A DNA stretch of 61,707 nt, counting the filler, from Leucoraja erinacea (taxonomy: Eukaryota): the NCBI RefSeq assembly GCF_028641065.1. It is 5 parts of 5 records of this genome, joined end to end, with 100 filler letters (N's around TTAATTAATTAA, not from the genome) between each part and the next. Parts side by side here need not be neighbours in the genome. Positions count along the whole stretch, not along the records: positions 16,640 to 33,992 come from NC_073394.1; positions 34,093 to 54,309 come from NC_073379.1; 3 more parts are not named here. The stretch is one strand, 5' to 3'. Numbering within the stretch: the first letter of the stretch is position 1; each line of letters opens with the position of its first letter. Positions 32,879-46,015 of the stretch are shown piece after piece. A model generated the notes under the pieces. That model was not told the DNA's origin. It made no database searches and saw only the letters and a list, made by a program, of their open reading frames with translations. A program made the translations under genes and the position numbers.

Positions 32879-33992
32879 GGGGCGGTGTTGGTGACAGTGA
32901 GGGCACCTTCAGTCATGAGGGGAGGGCTGCTGGGGAGTTGGCCATGAGGGGAGGGGGAGGGAGGGAGGGAGGGGCGGTGAGGGGAGGGGTGAGGGGGAGG
33001 GGAGGTGAGGGAGGGGAGGGAGGGGTGCTGGGGGGAGGGAGGGGGCCATGAGGGGAGAGGGAGGGAGGGCTGCTGGGGCAGTTGGCCATTAGAAACACCA
33101 TCAGCTTCCCAGTGGCCTGTGAAACACAAGCTGAAAACCCGCATCCCTTCCCATCCCATCCCATCTATGTGAAGCTTCTCAATCCAACTGTGTCCAATGA
33201 CAAGCAGACACATACTCATCCTCCTTCCTTGTTCCCCTACTTACATCATCGTGTTTACTGGGTGTTGTTCTGCGCGCTTTGTTGGCATCGTTTTTAATGA
33301 TTCGTGTAAGGAGCCCTGGTGTCATGTGTTTACCCCTTCCACTTAATGTTTGCAGCAGCTATGCAGCGATCAGAAGTAAAACAGAGCTCAGGTCAGGCAC
33401 TGTTTGTGAAGTGCGGTCTAAAGTTCATGGTTCATCAATAGATCTGGAGAATCATAAACAGAGACACATGCCTTGGTATTCCGTCATAGCTCCAATCCAG
33501 TTTACTTACCATAGTTTGTTAATTAAAGTGGTATTTTAATTGTTTCCTTTCCTTCCTTCTGATCTTGAAACCACATTGCAACATCCATCTGCTTAATTGT
33601 TCAAACAGAATACTTCTGAGCTGCTCTACTCTGGAAAAAAGGATTGTGACCATTCACCTTATCCATGCCTCTCATGAATTTATAAGCCTCTATGCAACAC
33701 CGCTCAGCTACCAACACTCCAGGGTTATAACATTCCAATCTATGCAGCTTCTCCTTATAACTGCTGGTCGCATCCTGGTGAATCCTTTCAGCACCCATAA
33801 AGCTTAATGATATCCTGCATACAGCAGGCAATCAGAACTAAGCAAAATATTACAAAAGTGGTCTTGCCAACATCTTGTACAGTCATAGCAAGATGGCCCA
33901 ACCAGTGCTCAATACCCTGACTAATGAAGGCAAGCATGTCAAACACCTTCTTCACTTTCATTTTCGTCATTTTCAGGGAACTGCATATGTGT

Positions 33993-34092
33993 NNNNNNNN
34001 NNNNNNNNNNNNNNNNNNNNNNNNNNNNNNNNNNNNTTAATTAATTAANNNNNNNNNNNNNNNNNNNNNNNNNNNNNNNNNNNNNNNNNNNN
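33993..34092. other. Artificial contig spacer
   Basis: N44-TTAATTAATTAA-N44. Confidence 0.98.
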
Positions 34093-37000
34093 GGTAGGGG
34101 TGACCTGTACAAAAGGGACGGGTTACACCTTAACTGGAGAAGGACCAACGTTCTGGCAGGCAGGTTTGCTAGGGCTACACGTGTGGATTTAAACTAAATA
34201 GTGGGGGGGAGGGATTGACAAATTGGGAGTATAAAGATGGAGTTGAAGGGGAAGTGAGAACAGGAAAAATTACAAAAGACTCTCGAATTAATGGGAAGGA
34301 AAGTTTGAGAAAGGATAAGAGAGTAAGGTCAGGGCCAATTGCGAGTGGTGAGAGAGGGGAGGTGAATACGGAAGTCAAAGTGCTGTATATGAATGTGCGA
34401 AGTATAAGAAATAAAGTGGACGAGCTTAAGGCTCAGTTAGAAACTGGTAAGTATGATGTTGTGGGAATTACAGCGACATGGCTGCAAGAGGCCCAGGGCT
34501 GGGAACTGAATATTCAAGGGTATACCTTCTATCGAAAAGACAGACAGGTGGGCAGAGGGGGTGGGGTAGCTCTGTTGGTGAGGAATTAAATTCAGTCCCT
34601 TGCAAGGGGTGACATTGAAACAGGAGATGTGGAGTCAGTATGGATAGAACTAAGGAATTGTAAGGGTAAAAAGACCTTAATGGGACTTATCTACAGGCCC
34701 CCAAACAGTAGCCTGGATATAGGGTGCAAGTTGAATCAAGAGTTAAAATTGGCATGTAGTAAAGGTAATGCTGTGGTTGTTATGGGAGATTTCAACATGC
34801 AGGTAGACTGGGAAAATCAGGTTGGTACTGGACCCCAAGAAAGGGAGTTTGTGGAGTGCCTTTGTGATGGATTCTTAGAGCAGCTTGTATTGGAGCCTAC
34901 CAGGGAGAAGGCAATTCTGGATTTAGTGTTATGTAATGAACTGGATTTGATCAATGAACTTGAGGCTAATGAGCCATTCGGAGGCAGTGACCATAATATG
35001 GTCAAGTTTAATCTACAATTGGAGAGGGAGAAGGGTAAATCGGAGGTGTCAGTGGTGCAGTTGAATAAAGGGGACTATGGGGCCATGAGGGAGGAGCTGG
35101 CCAAAGTTGACTGGAAAAATACCCAAGCAGGGATGACAGTGGAACAACAATGGCAGGTGTTTCTAAGCATAATGCAGAAGTTGCAGGATCAGTTCATTCC
35201 AAAGAGGAAGAAAGATTCCAAGGGGAGTAAGGGGCAACCGTGGCTGACAAGGGAAGTCGGGGACAGTATAAAAATAAAAGGGAAGAAGTACAACATAGCA
35301 AAGATGAGCGAGAAGCAAGAAGCAAGAAGATTGGGTAATGTTTAAAGAGCAGCAGAAGAGAACTGAAAAGACAATACCGGGAGAAAAGATGAGGTGCGAA
35401 GGTAAGCTAGCCAAGAATATAAAGGAGGGTAGTAAAAGATTCTTTAGGTATGTGAAGAGGAAACAATTAGTTAAGATCAAAGTTGCACCCTTAAAGACTG
35501 AAAAAGGTGAATTTATTATGGGGAACAAGGAAATGGCAGATGAGTTGAACAGGCACTTTGGATCTGTCTTCACTAAGGAGGACACAAACAATTTCCCTGA
35601 TATACTCGTGGCCAGAAGATTAGGCAGGGAATGGTGTTGGATAGACTGATGGGACTGAAGGCTGATAAATCCCCAGGGCCTGATGGTCTGCATCCCAGGC
35701 ACTTGAGGAAGTGGCTCTAGAAATCGTGGATGCATTGGTGATAATTTTCCAATGTTCTATAGACTCAGGATCAGTTCCTGTGTATTGGAAGGGAACTAAT
35801 GTTATCCCACTTTTTAAGAAAGGCGGGAGAGAGAAAACAGGGAATTATAGATCAGTTAGCCTGACATCGGTGGTGGGGAAGATGCTGGAGTCAATTATAA
35901 AAGATGAAATAGCGGCACATTTGGATAGCAGCAACAGGATCGGTCCGAGTCAGCATGGATTTACAAAGGGGATATCGTGCTTGACTAATCTTCTGGAATT
36001 TTTTGAGGATGTAACTAGGAAAATGGACAAGGGAGAGCCAGTGGATGTAGTGTACCTGGACTTTCAGAAAGCATTTGATAAGGTCCCACATAGGAGATTA
36101 GTGGGCAAAATTAGGGCACATGGTATTGGGGGTAGAGTGCTGACATGGATAGAAAATTGGTTGGCAGACAGGAAACAAAGACGAGGGATTAACGGGTCCC
36201 TTTCAGAATGGCAGGAAGTGACTAGTGGGGTACCGCAAGGCCTGGTGCTGGGACCGCAGCTATTTACAATATACATCAATGATTTAGATGAAGGAATTCA
36301 AAGTAACTTTTGCAAATTTGCCGATGACACAAAGCTGGGTGGCAGTATGAACTGTGAGGAGGATGCTATGAGAATGCAGGGTGACTTGGACAGGTTGGGT
36401 GAGTGGGCAGATGCATGGCAGATGCAGTTTTATGTGGATAAATGTGAGTTTATCCACTTTGGTAGCAAAAACAGGAAAGCAGATTACTATCTAAATGGTG
36501 TCAAGTTGGGAAAAGGGGAAGTACAGTGGGATCTGGGGGTCCTTGTTCATCTGTCAATGAAAGTAAGCATGCAGGTACCGCAGGGAGTGCAGAAAGCGAA
36601 TGGCATGTTGACCTTTATTTATTTATTTATTTTTAAAAATTATAACAAGAGGAGTTGAGTAAAGAAGCAAAGAGGTTCTTCTACAGTTGTATAGGGCCCT
36701 AGAGAGACCACACCTGGAATATTGTGTGCAGTTTTGGTCCCCTCATTTGAGGAAGGACATTCTTGGTATTGAGGGCTATTGTATACTCTGGAGTTTAGAA
36801 GGATGAGAAGGGATCTTACTGAAACATACAAGATTATTAAGGGTTTGGACACACTAGAGGCAGGAAACATGTTCTTGATGTTGGGGGAGTCCAGAACCAG
36901 GGGCCACAGTTTCAGAATAATGAGTAAGCCATTTGGAACGGAGATGCAAAAACACTTTTTCTCACAGAGAATTGTGAGTTTGTGGAAATCTCTGCCTCAG

Positions 37001-37250
37001 ATGGTGGTGGAGGCCGGTTCTCTGAATACTTTCAAGAGGGAGCTAGGGCTCTTAAAGATAGGGCTCTTAAAGATAGCAAAGTCAGGGGATATGGGGAGAA
37101 GGCAGGAACGGGGTACTGATTGGGGAAGATCAGCCATGATCACATTAAATGGCGGTGCTGGCTCGAAGGGCCAAATGGCCTACTCCTGCACCTAGAATAG
37201 ACTTGGTGGGCTGAATGGCCTAATTCTGCTCCTATCTCTTATGTTCATAT
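34093..37250 (+). mobile_element. Near full-length decayed CR1 LINE: ORF1 esterase C-terminus (34093-34197) plus ORF2 AP-endonuclease/RT broken by stops, frameshifts and deletions
   Basis: ORF1 end LYKRDGLHLNW...LN*. APE motifs YMNVRSIRNK, IYRPP, MGDFN, LDLVL, SDH. RT motifs YLDFQKAFDKVPH, GVPQG, KFADDTK. CR1 3' UTR. Confidence 0.95.
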
Positions 37251-38650
37251 GTCCTCAAAAATTGGTGATGTTCCCTGCAACTCGTTTGGTAGGAAAATAT
37301 TATTGCTTGAAGAAAAAGTAAAGGAAGTCATAATGGCCTATAAAAGTACTAGGAGCAGTAAACGTGTGATCGAGAAAGAGGATTAAGTACACAGTACATG
37401 GAGTTGGTGATTGTGTGAAGTTTGCTCTGGATGATTCTGACAAATGCTGTCCTCTGGTGGATTTGTTGAGCAATTACAAGAAGGAAGAATCTACAAGCTC
37501 AGGCATGGAGACAGCCAACATCTGTTCTGGTTGAATAATGTTATAAGTTATAAGAAACAACATTTGTCGGTTAGCAGGAAACCAATAACTATAATTATTA
37601 CAAAACCGAGCACAACCACAAAGCTACAGCGTGATTTGAAATCTCATGGCTATATTTTCATTGTAAATGAAAATAAAAAAGGTCTGATGCTGTTAATCTG
37701 CAATTAAGGCAGAAAATATTGGACACACTCAGTGGTTCAGGCAGCATCTGTGGAAAGAAAGTTATGTCTCAGGTTGAACACTCTTTGTTAATATTCACTC
37801 TGCTTCTCCCTCTGCAGATGCTTGCCTGACTTGCTAAGTTTAATTTAGTTTAAAGATACAGCATGAAACAAGCCCTCAAGATCGCACGACTCCACGCCAC
37901 CCATGCATCACCCGTTCACTAGTTCTACGTTGTCCCGTTTGTGTATCCACTCCCGGCACATTAGGGGTGAATTTACAGAGGCCAATTAAAGTACAAACCT
38001 GCACGTCCTTGAGACGTGGGAGGAAATCGGAGTACCAACTTGGTCACAGTGAGACTATTCAAACTCCATGCAGATAACACCTGAGGTCAAATTGAACCTG
38101 GGTCTCAGGCGTCGCGAGGCAGCAGCTCGAACATACTTCCAAAAATTCTGTATTTACTTTGAGTCCAGCAGCTCAGAGGCATGATTTAGCTCATGATTTC
38201 CATACCAGTTGATTAAAAGAGCCCTCCAATTAATCTTAGTTTCTGCCCTTTCTCTCTTTTTGTCTGTTCATGTCCCCATTGAAAACAAATCCACATCTGC
38301 CATCAATTCACAACAATATAGATATTTTATGTATTACAAAAATTATGTCCATAAAATAAACTTTTTTTACTTGTTTGAAAAAAACAAACACAAAGTGCTG
38401 GAGTAAAGTCAGCGGGTCAGGCAGCATCGCTGGGGAACATGGATAGGTGATGTTTCAGTTGAGGACCCTTCTTCAGACTGAAGAGAGCTATCCATGTTCT
38501 CCAACTGTGCTGCCTGACCCGCTGAATTACTCCAGCACTTTTTTTTTGTAAACCAGCAACTTGAGTCCTTGTTTTTACGTGTGTTGCCCTCAATTATTCT
38601 GCCTCCCTCCCACCTTTCGTCTCTAGTAATATGCTGGAAGTACACAGTAA

Positions 38651-39283
38651 AGGGCCTGTCCCACTTAGGTGATTTTTTTCGGCAACTACAGGCGACTATG
38701 CTGTCGCCACGTGGTCGCGGGGTGCCGCCTGTATGGTCGTGAGTTGTCTCCTCAAGTCGCCTAAAGAGTCGTAACTTTTTTCTTGTCGCCGCTGGATTTT
38801 GAAATGTTCAAAACCTTTCAGCGACTGTGGGCTTGATGTAGCCTGTCTTCTCCTGTCGTAGGTACTGTCGTAGGTTGTCGCTAGGATGATGCTGGTCATC
38901 TTCAGGTGACGTAAGTTGTCGCTGGGTGCTGACTTCGGTGAATTCCATTGGCGACTCCCTACATCAACCTATGTCAACCGGCGACTGAATTGTCATCAGT
39001 TGTCTTCAGTTGTCACAGTGTCGTCGCTTGTCGCTGGTTGACTTCGGTTGTTGTAGGTTGTCGTATGTGTCGTCGTAGGTGTGGTCGTAGGTGGATGTCC
39101 GAAGTCACGAAGAGTCGCCAGTTGTCATAGCTTGACGTCGACTAGGTGGTAGGTTGTCGTAGACATTGTCGTAGGGGGGGGGGGGGGGGGGGGGGGTCCA
39201 GTTGCCGGTTTTTCAGCGATCCTCTACGACTGTGACTGTTGCCGGCAGTCGCCAAAAAAAATCGCCTAAGTGGGACAGGCCCT
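38651..39283. mobile_element. Second Harbinger-type MITE (different interior, ~36-bp TIR)
   Basis: AGGGCCTGTCCCACTTAGGYGATTTTTTT termini, TAA TSD at 38648-50 and 39284-86, and a GTCG-rich interior. Confidence 0.8.
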
Positions 39284-42200
39284 TAAATCAGGCAGCTTCC
39301 TGCAGTGAGAGGAGACACAATGTTACAGGTTCATGACTTCCCATCAATAATATTATTTTCAATTTGTAGCATTCAGGATTTTCTGCTATTCGATTTCTCA
39401 TGCTTAATGGCCTACTCGGCACCTGCTACTCTCAGAAGTGGAATATAGAACAGTACAGCACAGGAATGGACCCTTCAACTCACTGTGGTTTTATCGAACA
39501 CGATGCCAAGCCAAACTGATCTCATCTGCCTGTACATGATGTATGATACATGATCTCCCTCCATTCCCTGCGTATACATGTTCCCATTGAAAAGCCTCTT
39601 AAACCCCCCTATTGTATCTGCCTCCCCCACCACCACCCCTGGCAGCGCATTCCCCACCCCCCCCCCCCCCCACCCAGGTGTAGAGCTATGACTCTCTATT
39701 ACTGCGCCCACTTTAAACTTACATTTTAGTGTCTGATTCCTATTCCCATTCTTTCCAGCACACTGTCCTGTGTCAAACAACAGGTGCCATGGATCTGTCT
39801 GATCTTCTCTCTTACTGGCCTCTCATTATCATCTCTTGTCACTCCCTGCATTCATTCCTTCCCTATGGCCCTAACCTTTGCAATTGTGCAATGTATGGCA
39901 AAGCTTAGGTTAGTAATGTATAATATACTGAGCCAAATACTAAATCCTGGAGAATATATCTTCAGGGATGCAATACAACAGTCACCTTGATTAGCACCTT
40001 TTATATTGACACTCTTCCTTTATAAAGTCATAGTGTCATACAGCATGGAAACATGTCCTTCAGCCCAGCTTGTCCATGCTGAGCAAACTGCCCTCGCTTG
40101 ACCCATGTCCCTCAAGTCAAGTTAAGTCAAGAGAGTTTATTATCATGTGTGCCAGATAGGACAATGAAATTCTTGCTTGCTGCGCAACAGAATATAGTAA
40201 GCATAAATACAGAACAGTTCAGTGTGTCTATATAGCAAAGACCATATTTTTATATACTCATAAATAAACAGATAAAGTGCAATAGGCTGTTGTAGCTCAG
40301 AGTTTGTTTGATGGCGAGTTTAATAGCCTGATGGCTGTGGGGAAAAAGCTGTTCATGAACCTGGATGTACCAGATTTCAGGCTCCTGTACCTTCTACCTG
40401 ATGGCAGCGGAGAGATGAGTGTGTGGCCAGGATGGTGTGGGCCCTTAATGATGCTGGCAGCCTTTTTGAGGCAGCGACTTGCTGTCCAAATGTGTTTTAA
40501 ATGTTGTTATATAAACCCATGGGATTTAATTGTGTCCACAAGTATATTGTGTGCTGCTTTAACAGATGCCTTGTAAAATTCCTTGTATGCATCAACCGTG
40601 CAAGTGTTGCCTCTTCGTTACTTCATCATTGATCTCAATCCCGTCGAACACGATTTGCCACAACATTTCTTTTGTGACTTTCAATTTGTTAGGTGATCAT
40701 TTCAGAACAGCCAGTTAAATTGTACTGAATTATTGACGAAAAGATGCGCTCACCCTCGAGACACGGATTTGTTCGCTTCTTGCCATGGTTATTGTGTTCC
40801 TTTATTTTTGAACGTCGGTGCAACTTTTGCAATTCTTGAAACACCCCCACACATAAGGAGGGTTTTAAGGCTCTGGGCCACAAGTGAGATTTCTAACCTT
40901 ACTTTTGCATCTTGTCTCTCATCATGTTTGAAGAGTTAGATAAAACTTTAGGGGCTAGCGGAATCGAGGGATATGGGGAGAAGGCAGGCATGGGTTACTG
41001 ACTGTGGATGATCAGCCATGATCACAATGAATGGCGGTGCAGACTCGAAGGGCCAAATGGCCTCCTCCTGCACCTACTTTCTATGTTTCTATGTGTTCCC
41101 ATATACTGTATATCCTTTGGCTATAAAAAAGTTTTGGCATTCTGAGATTTAGTTTAGAGGTACAGCGCGGAAACCGGCCCTTCGGACCATCGAGTCCGCA
41201 CCAACCAGTGATCCCTGCACAGTAACACTATCCTACATTTATGCCAAGCCAATTAACCTACAAACCTGTACGTCTTTGGAGTGTGGGAGGAAACCCAAGA
41301 TCTCGGAGAAAACCCATGTGGTCACGGGGAGAACGTACAAACTCCGTACAGACAGCACCCGTAGTCGGGATTGAACCGGTGCTGTAAGGCAGCGACTCTA
41401 CCGCTGTGCCACCATGCCGCCCTGTAGTAATGATCATCATTATGTACAATGAAGTCTTTCTTTTTACTTCTGGGCATTCTGCTACTCTCAGGTGCAGCAA
41501 TGTCTCTCTGTTACTGCTCCCACTTTAAACTAGTGCCAATTAGTGCCTGGTGCCTATCTGCATTCTTCCTGGCAACATACAATAGCACATTTTCCTGTAT
41601 CAGTTTAGTTTTATTATTGTCATGTGTACCAAGGCACCGTTAAAACATTTTTGTTGCGTGCTATCCTGTCAGCGGAAAGACCATATGTGATTATAATCAA
41701 GCCGTCCACAGTGTACAGATACAGGATAAAGGGTGTAAGGTTTAGTACAAGATAAAGTCCTATTAAAGATAATTCGAAGGTTCCCATTGAGGTAGATGGG
41801 AGGTCAGGACCTGTTGTTATTGAACAACAGATGTCGTGTATCTGTCTGATTTATTATCTATTACTGGCGCCTCATTATCATCCTTGTAACTTCCTGCAGA
41901 GTACGGAGGATATTCAAAACCCCAGTCTAATCACAAGATGTTCCTCCTGACTGTGCAGCTAAATTAATAGTATTGTGTTTGACATCCTGAAAAAGATAGA
42001 AACACAAGGCGGTGGAAACGCTCAGCAGGTCAGGTAGCATCTACAGTCGTCAAGCTGGAACGTTACCTCTGCTTCAGATGATGCGTTCCAAGCATTCTCT
42101 GCTTTATGTCATGTTTTCAGCATCTTCATTATTCTGTGTTTGCAAAGCCCCAACGTTAGTCAGATAAGATACTGATCTGAACAGACCTTGTCATTGTGTG

Positions 42201-42288
42201 ACATCATGAAGAACACTCCATGGACCTGACTCTTGTGGAACTATTGTCTCAATTAGATTCAAGAGTCGAGAGTGTTTTATTGTCATAT

Positions 42289-42804
42289 TCAGATTCAGAT
42301 TCAGATTCAATTTAATTGTCATTGTCAGTGTACAGTACAGAGACAGCAAAATGCATTTAGCATCTCCCTTGAAGAGCGACATAGCAAACGATTTGAATAA
42401 ATAATAAGTGTCCGGGGGGGGGGGGGGGGGGGGGGGGTGGTGATTGGCAGTCACCGAGGTAGGTTGTTTAGTAGACTGACAGCCGCCGGAAAGAAGCTGT
42501 TCCTCGACCTGCTGGTTCGGCAACGGAGAGACCTGTAGCGCCTCCCGGATGGTAGGAGGGTAAACAGTCCATGGTTGGGGTGAGAGCAGTCCTTGGCGAT
42601 GCTGAGTGCCCTCCGCAGACAGCGCTTGCATTGGACAGACTCAATGGAGGGGAGCGTGGAACCGGTGATGCGTTGGGCAATTTTCACCACCCTCTGCAAT
42701 GCCTTCCGGTCGGAGACAGAGCAGTTGCCATACCATACTGTGATGCAGTTGGTAAGGATGCTCTCGATGGTGCAGCGGTAGAAGTTCACCAGGATCTGAG
42801 GAGA
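42289..42804 (-). mobile_element. Rex1/Babar-type LINE 3' fragment with CATAT target-site duplication
   Basis: PQILVNFYRCTIESILTNCITVWYGNC...LLPSGRRYRSL...NSFFP, a (CTGAAT)n tail, and CATAT at 42284-88 and 42805-09. Confidence 0.85.
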
Positions 42805-42925
42805 CATATGTCCCAGATAGAACAATGAAATTCTTACTTGCAGCAGCACAACAGAATATGTAAACATAGTACACTGTAAACAATATAATAAACGAGAAGA
42901 AGACAAAGAAAGTTTGGAGAATGTA

Positions 42926-43150
42926 ACACAAGGAACTGCAGATGCTTGAATCTGCGTAGAATCCAAAATGCTGGAGTAACTCAGTAGGTCAGGCGGCATC
43001 TCTGGTGGACATGTGTAGGTGACGTTTCAGGTTGGGACCTTCATCAGACCTCTCTAATCTAGAGAAGTGTCACAACCTGAAACGTCGCCTATCCATGTCC
43101 TTCAGAGATGCTGCCTGACCCACTGAGTTACTCCAGCGCTTTGTGTGTAT
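42926..43150. mobile_element. Palindromic Penelope-like (pLTR-derived) non-autonomous element; ~20 partial copies in the window
   Basis: Inverted arms GCTGGAGTAACTCAG..GG.CAGGCAGCATCTCTGG...GGTGACGTTTC. Other copies lie at ~1905, 6210, 7455, 8330, 10445, 11630, 30755, 31060, 37705, 38385, 41995, 43955, 47420, 47595, 52610, 53355 and 60730. Confidence 0.65.
43017..43051 (-). ncRNA. Minimal type-I hammerhead ribozyme motif
   Basis: The minus strand reads AGGT-CTGATGA-AGGT(CCCA)ACCT-GAAA-C-GTC-ACCT: stem I, catalytic core, stem II, palindromic ACGT stem III, and a GUC cleavage triplet. Confidence 0.65.
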
Positions 43151-43297
43151 TTTTTTTGATACAACTTACTTTCCTTTAAAAAACTAATCTCTCTGGTTCT
43201 TTTGCCATTTTTCAAACTGTCCTTCTGTATTTTCATGTGTTCTATTGTCTCTCTTAGTTAAATTACATTATTTTTTTATTGTGTTGTTTCATTGCAG

Positions 43298-43353
43298 GTA
43301 CAGCTACCAGACTCTGTGTTTCTGAATACAACAGAATCGAATGATGTTGAGAG
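43298..43353 (+). CDS. SH3BP2: SH3BP2 (3BP2) exon: VQLPDSVFLNTTESNDVER
   Basis: ttgcag/gtactt boundaries, 56 nt, phase 0/2. Matches human VPLPNSVFVNTTESCEVER. Confidence 0.92.
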
Positions 43354-45179
43354 GTACTTACTCACCACACTAATAAATATGGATATTTTTATGTATCATA
43401 TATTTCATTATTACATAGGAAGCCATTCAGACCATCAAATGCATGCCGATTCTCAAAGCTGACGATTGTAAAGAGTCAAGTCGCAAATATTTAATTGTTA
43501 CGTGCCCCAACTGCAACAATGGAATTGTTACTTGCTGCAGTTTTATAGGCACATTAATGCAACAACACAACAAATAGATATGCAATAAACAATAATACAA
43601 TTAGTCATAAGGTCAATCAGCATGGAAACTGATCCTTCGGCCCAACTCGTCCAAGCCAAACAAGATGCCCCATCTAAGCAAGTCTCATTTGCTCGCATTT
43701 GGCCCATGTCCCTTTAAACCTTTCCTGTTAGGTAACCAAACAATTACAGTGCAAACCGAAGAACATTGTGTCACTTTGAAACAAAGGATTTTTAAAGGGG
43801 ATTTGAGTGCAATGTTTTTGACACGGAGAGCAATTGTTTCTGGAACACGCTGCCAGAGGAGGTGATGGAATCAGATACAATCACAACGTTTAATAAACAT
43901 TTAGACAGGCACATGAATAGGCAAACCATAGAAGGATCAGGTACTAATGTGGGGAAAAGGACACAAAGTGCTGGAATAACTCAGCAGGCCAGGCAGCATC
44001 TCTGGAGAATATATCCATGTTCTGCTGAGATGTTGCCGGAACTGTAGAGTTACTCCAGCACTTTGTGTCCTTTTGTGTACTAACCAGCACCTGCAGTTCC
44101 TTGTTTCTACCCTAATCCAGGCAAATGATATTAGTATAGATGGACAATAAGGTCAGCATGGATGTTTCTTTGCTGTACAACTCTGAGTCGATAACAAGCT
44201 GAGACATAATTAAAGTACAATGTATGGTTCAAGCAACCATTTAACAAACATAAAAATTAAGTGCAGGAATAGATTCAGATTCAGATTCAATTTTAATTGT
44301 CATTGTCAGTGTACAGTACAGAGACAACAGTACAGAGAATAGGCCACTTAACCTCTCAAGTTCACTCGGCCAATTAATTAAACCATGATCAGACAATAGC
44401 CTCAACTCTGATATCTCATTTACACCAGTAACCTGTCATCCCCTTCAGGGACCTACCTTCCTCTGTTTTAACAGTATTCATTCTTCTTTCACCCGCCCTC
44501 CCTTTGAGGATAAGAGTTCAAAAGACACCGGGGACCTTGAAAGAAAACATCTTCTCATCTCTGCCTTAACCTAGCGACCTCTTACATTTGAACAGTGATC
44601 CCCAGCTTTAGGGTCACCAACAAAATTATACTTCTGTAAAACTAAAGAGGACACGAGGAGCTTTTTTGAGGTATCGTGGCTTCTTACACTCATAAAAAAA
44701 GATTGTCTAGGACACGATTGTTCCCTTTGAAACATAGAAGACCATGCAGAGATTTAACAGGATAGAACATAGAACAGTATAGCACTGGAACGGGCTCCGG
44801 CCTACAGTGTTCATGCCGAACATGATGCCAAGTTAAATAATCTCAAGTGCCGACATGTGCTCCATATCCTTCCATTCCCTCCATATCCGTGTACCTATCT
44901 AAAAGTTTCTTAAATGACATTACGGTATCTGCCTCCACCACCATCCGTAGCAGCACGTACCACCAAACACTCTCTGTGTTAAAAAAACAACTTGCCTCGC
45001 ACGTCTTCTTTGAACTTTCCACCTCTGATCTTAAAGCTATGCCGCCTAGTTTTTGACATTTCCACCCTAAACATCTCACTTCTCCAGAATTAATGGGCTA
45101 ATGAATGAGATTGAACTTTTATCAAACGCACCGGTTAATAAAGTAATTATATTAAAATCCTTCTTGTCTACTCACAAAG

Positions 45180-45258
45180 GTTGTTCATATCTTCAAGTCC
45201 CGGCAACAAACCAGCGAATGGATTGTACTGCATTAGGAATTCTTCAAAGTCTGGGCAG
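45180..45258 (+). CDS. SH3BP2: SH3BP2 exon: LFISSSPGNKPANGLYCIRNSSKSGQ
   Basis: 79 nt, phase 2/0. Contains the GLYCIRNSS SH2 signature of 3BP2. Confidence 0.95.
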
Positions 45259-45358
45259 GTATGAGTATAAAAATTGGTGAAAGGTTTTACAATTTGCTGC
45301 TTTTCTGATAGCTCATCATAGACAGATGTAAATCAATTTGTTCCCTCTTTTGTGAAAG

Positions 45359-45418
45359 GTTCTAGTTGTATGGGATGAGTCAGAGAAGAAAGTGAGGAAC
45401 TACAGAATATTTGAAAAG
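45359..45418 (+). CDS. SH3BP2: SH3BP2 exon: [20 protein letters not shown]
   Basis: 60 nt, phase 0/0. Near-identical to human [20 protein letters not shown]. Confidence 0.96.
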
Positions 45419-45641
45419 GTCAGTAAATTTTTTTCAAAGTTTTGTATTATATTAATAGTCCTACGGCAAGGAAACAAGCCCTTCAGCCTACCTATTCAGT
45501 ACTGGCTGTCTTTTTACACTCATTCTATGTTGTTCCTTACACCCTCCTATCAACCTCCCCACATTCTACCACCCACCCACACTTGGTGACTCTCTGCGTG
45601 CTTTCTCAGGAGAGGATCCATGATGATAATGTATAGTACGA

Positions 45642-46015
45642 TTTTTTTTTTTTTTGTTTTGTTTTTTTTTGTTTATTTTATTAGAAGTTAATACAGTACA
45701 AAACAGTACAGTGGAACCTAATTTTAGGTGCCAACTATGTCATACCGTAATCCATTCTATGTACAACCTCTAGTTTTATGTTATGAGAAGGAAGTAAGCA
45801 AGACAAGAAAAAGAAAACAATAGAAAGAGGAAAAAGTAGAAAAATTGATGGTAGAGAGTAGAAAAACGTGAAGTGTGTATATAAAAAATAAAAAAGAAAG
45901 AGAGAAAGTGGAAAGTAAAAATAGAAGAGAAGGCCCCTTAAAAGAGAATTTTTCAAATCTGTATTCGGAGATGTAGATCTATCCGCGTCATGAACTGAAA
46001 TCAGCAATCTTTACG
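45642..46015 (-). mobile_element. Poly(A)-tailed retroelement 3' end (L1/Tx1-like)
   Basis: A long T-tract plus TTTATT on the + strand, followed by purine-rich 3' UTR-like sequence. The family assignment is inference. Confidence 0.5.

Noticed and set aside
42451-42999. ALKBH8-like (DUF1891) protein gene
   Set aside because: It is the ORF2 C-terminus of a 5'-truncated Rex1/Babar LINE with a tail and TSD, fused to unrelated repeats.
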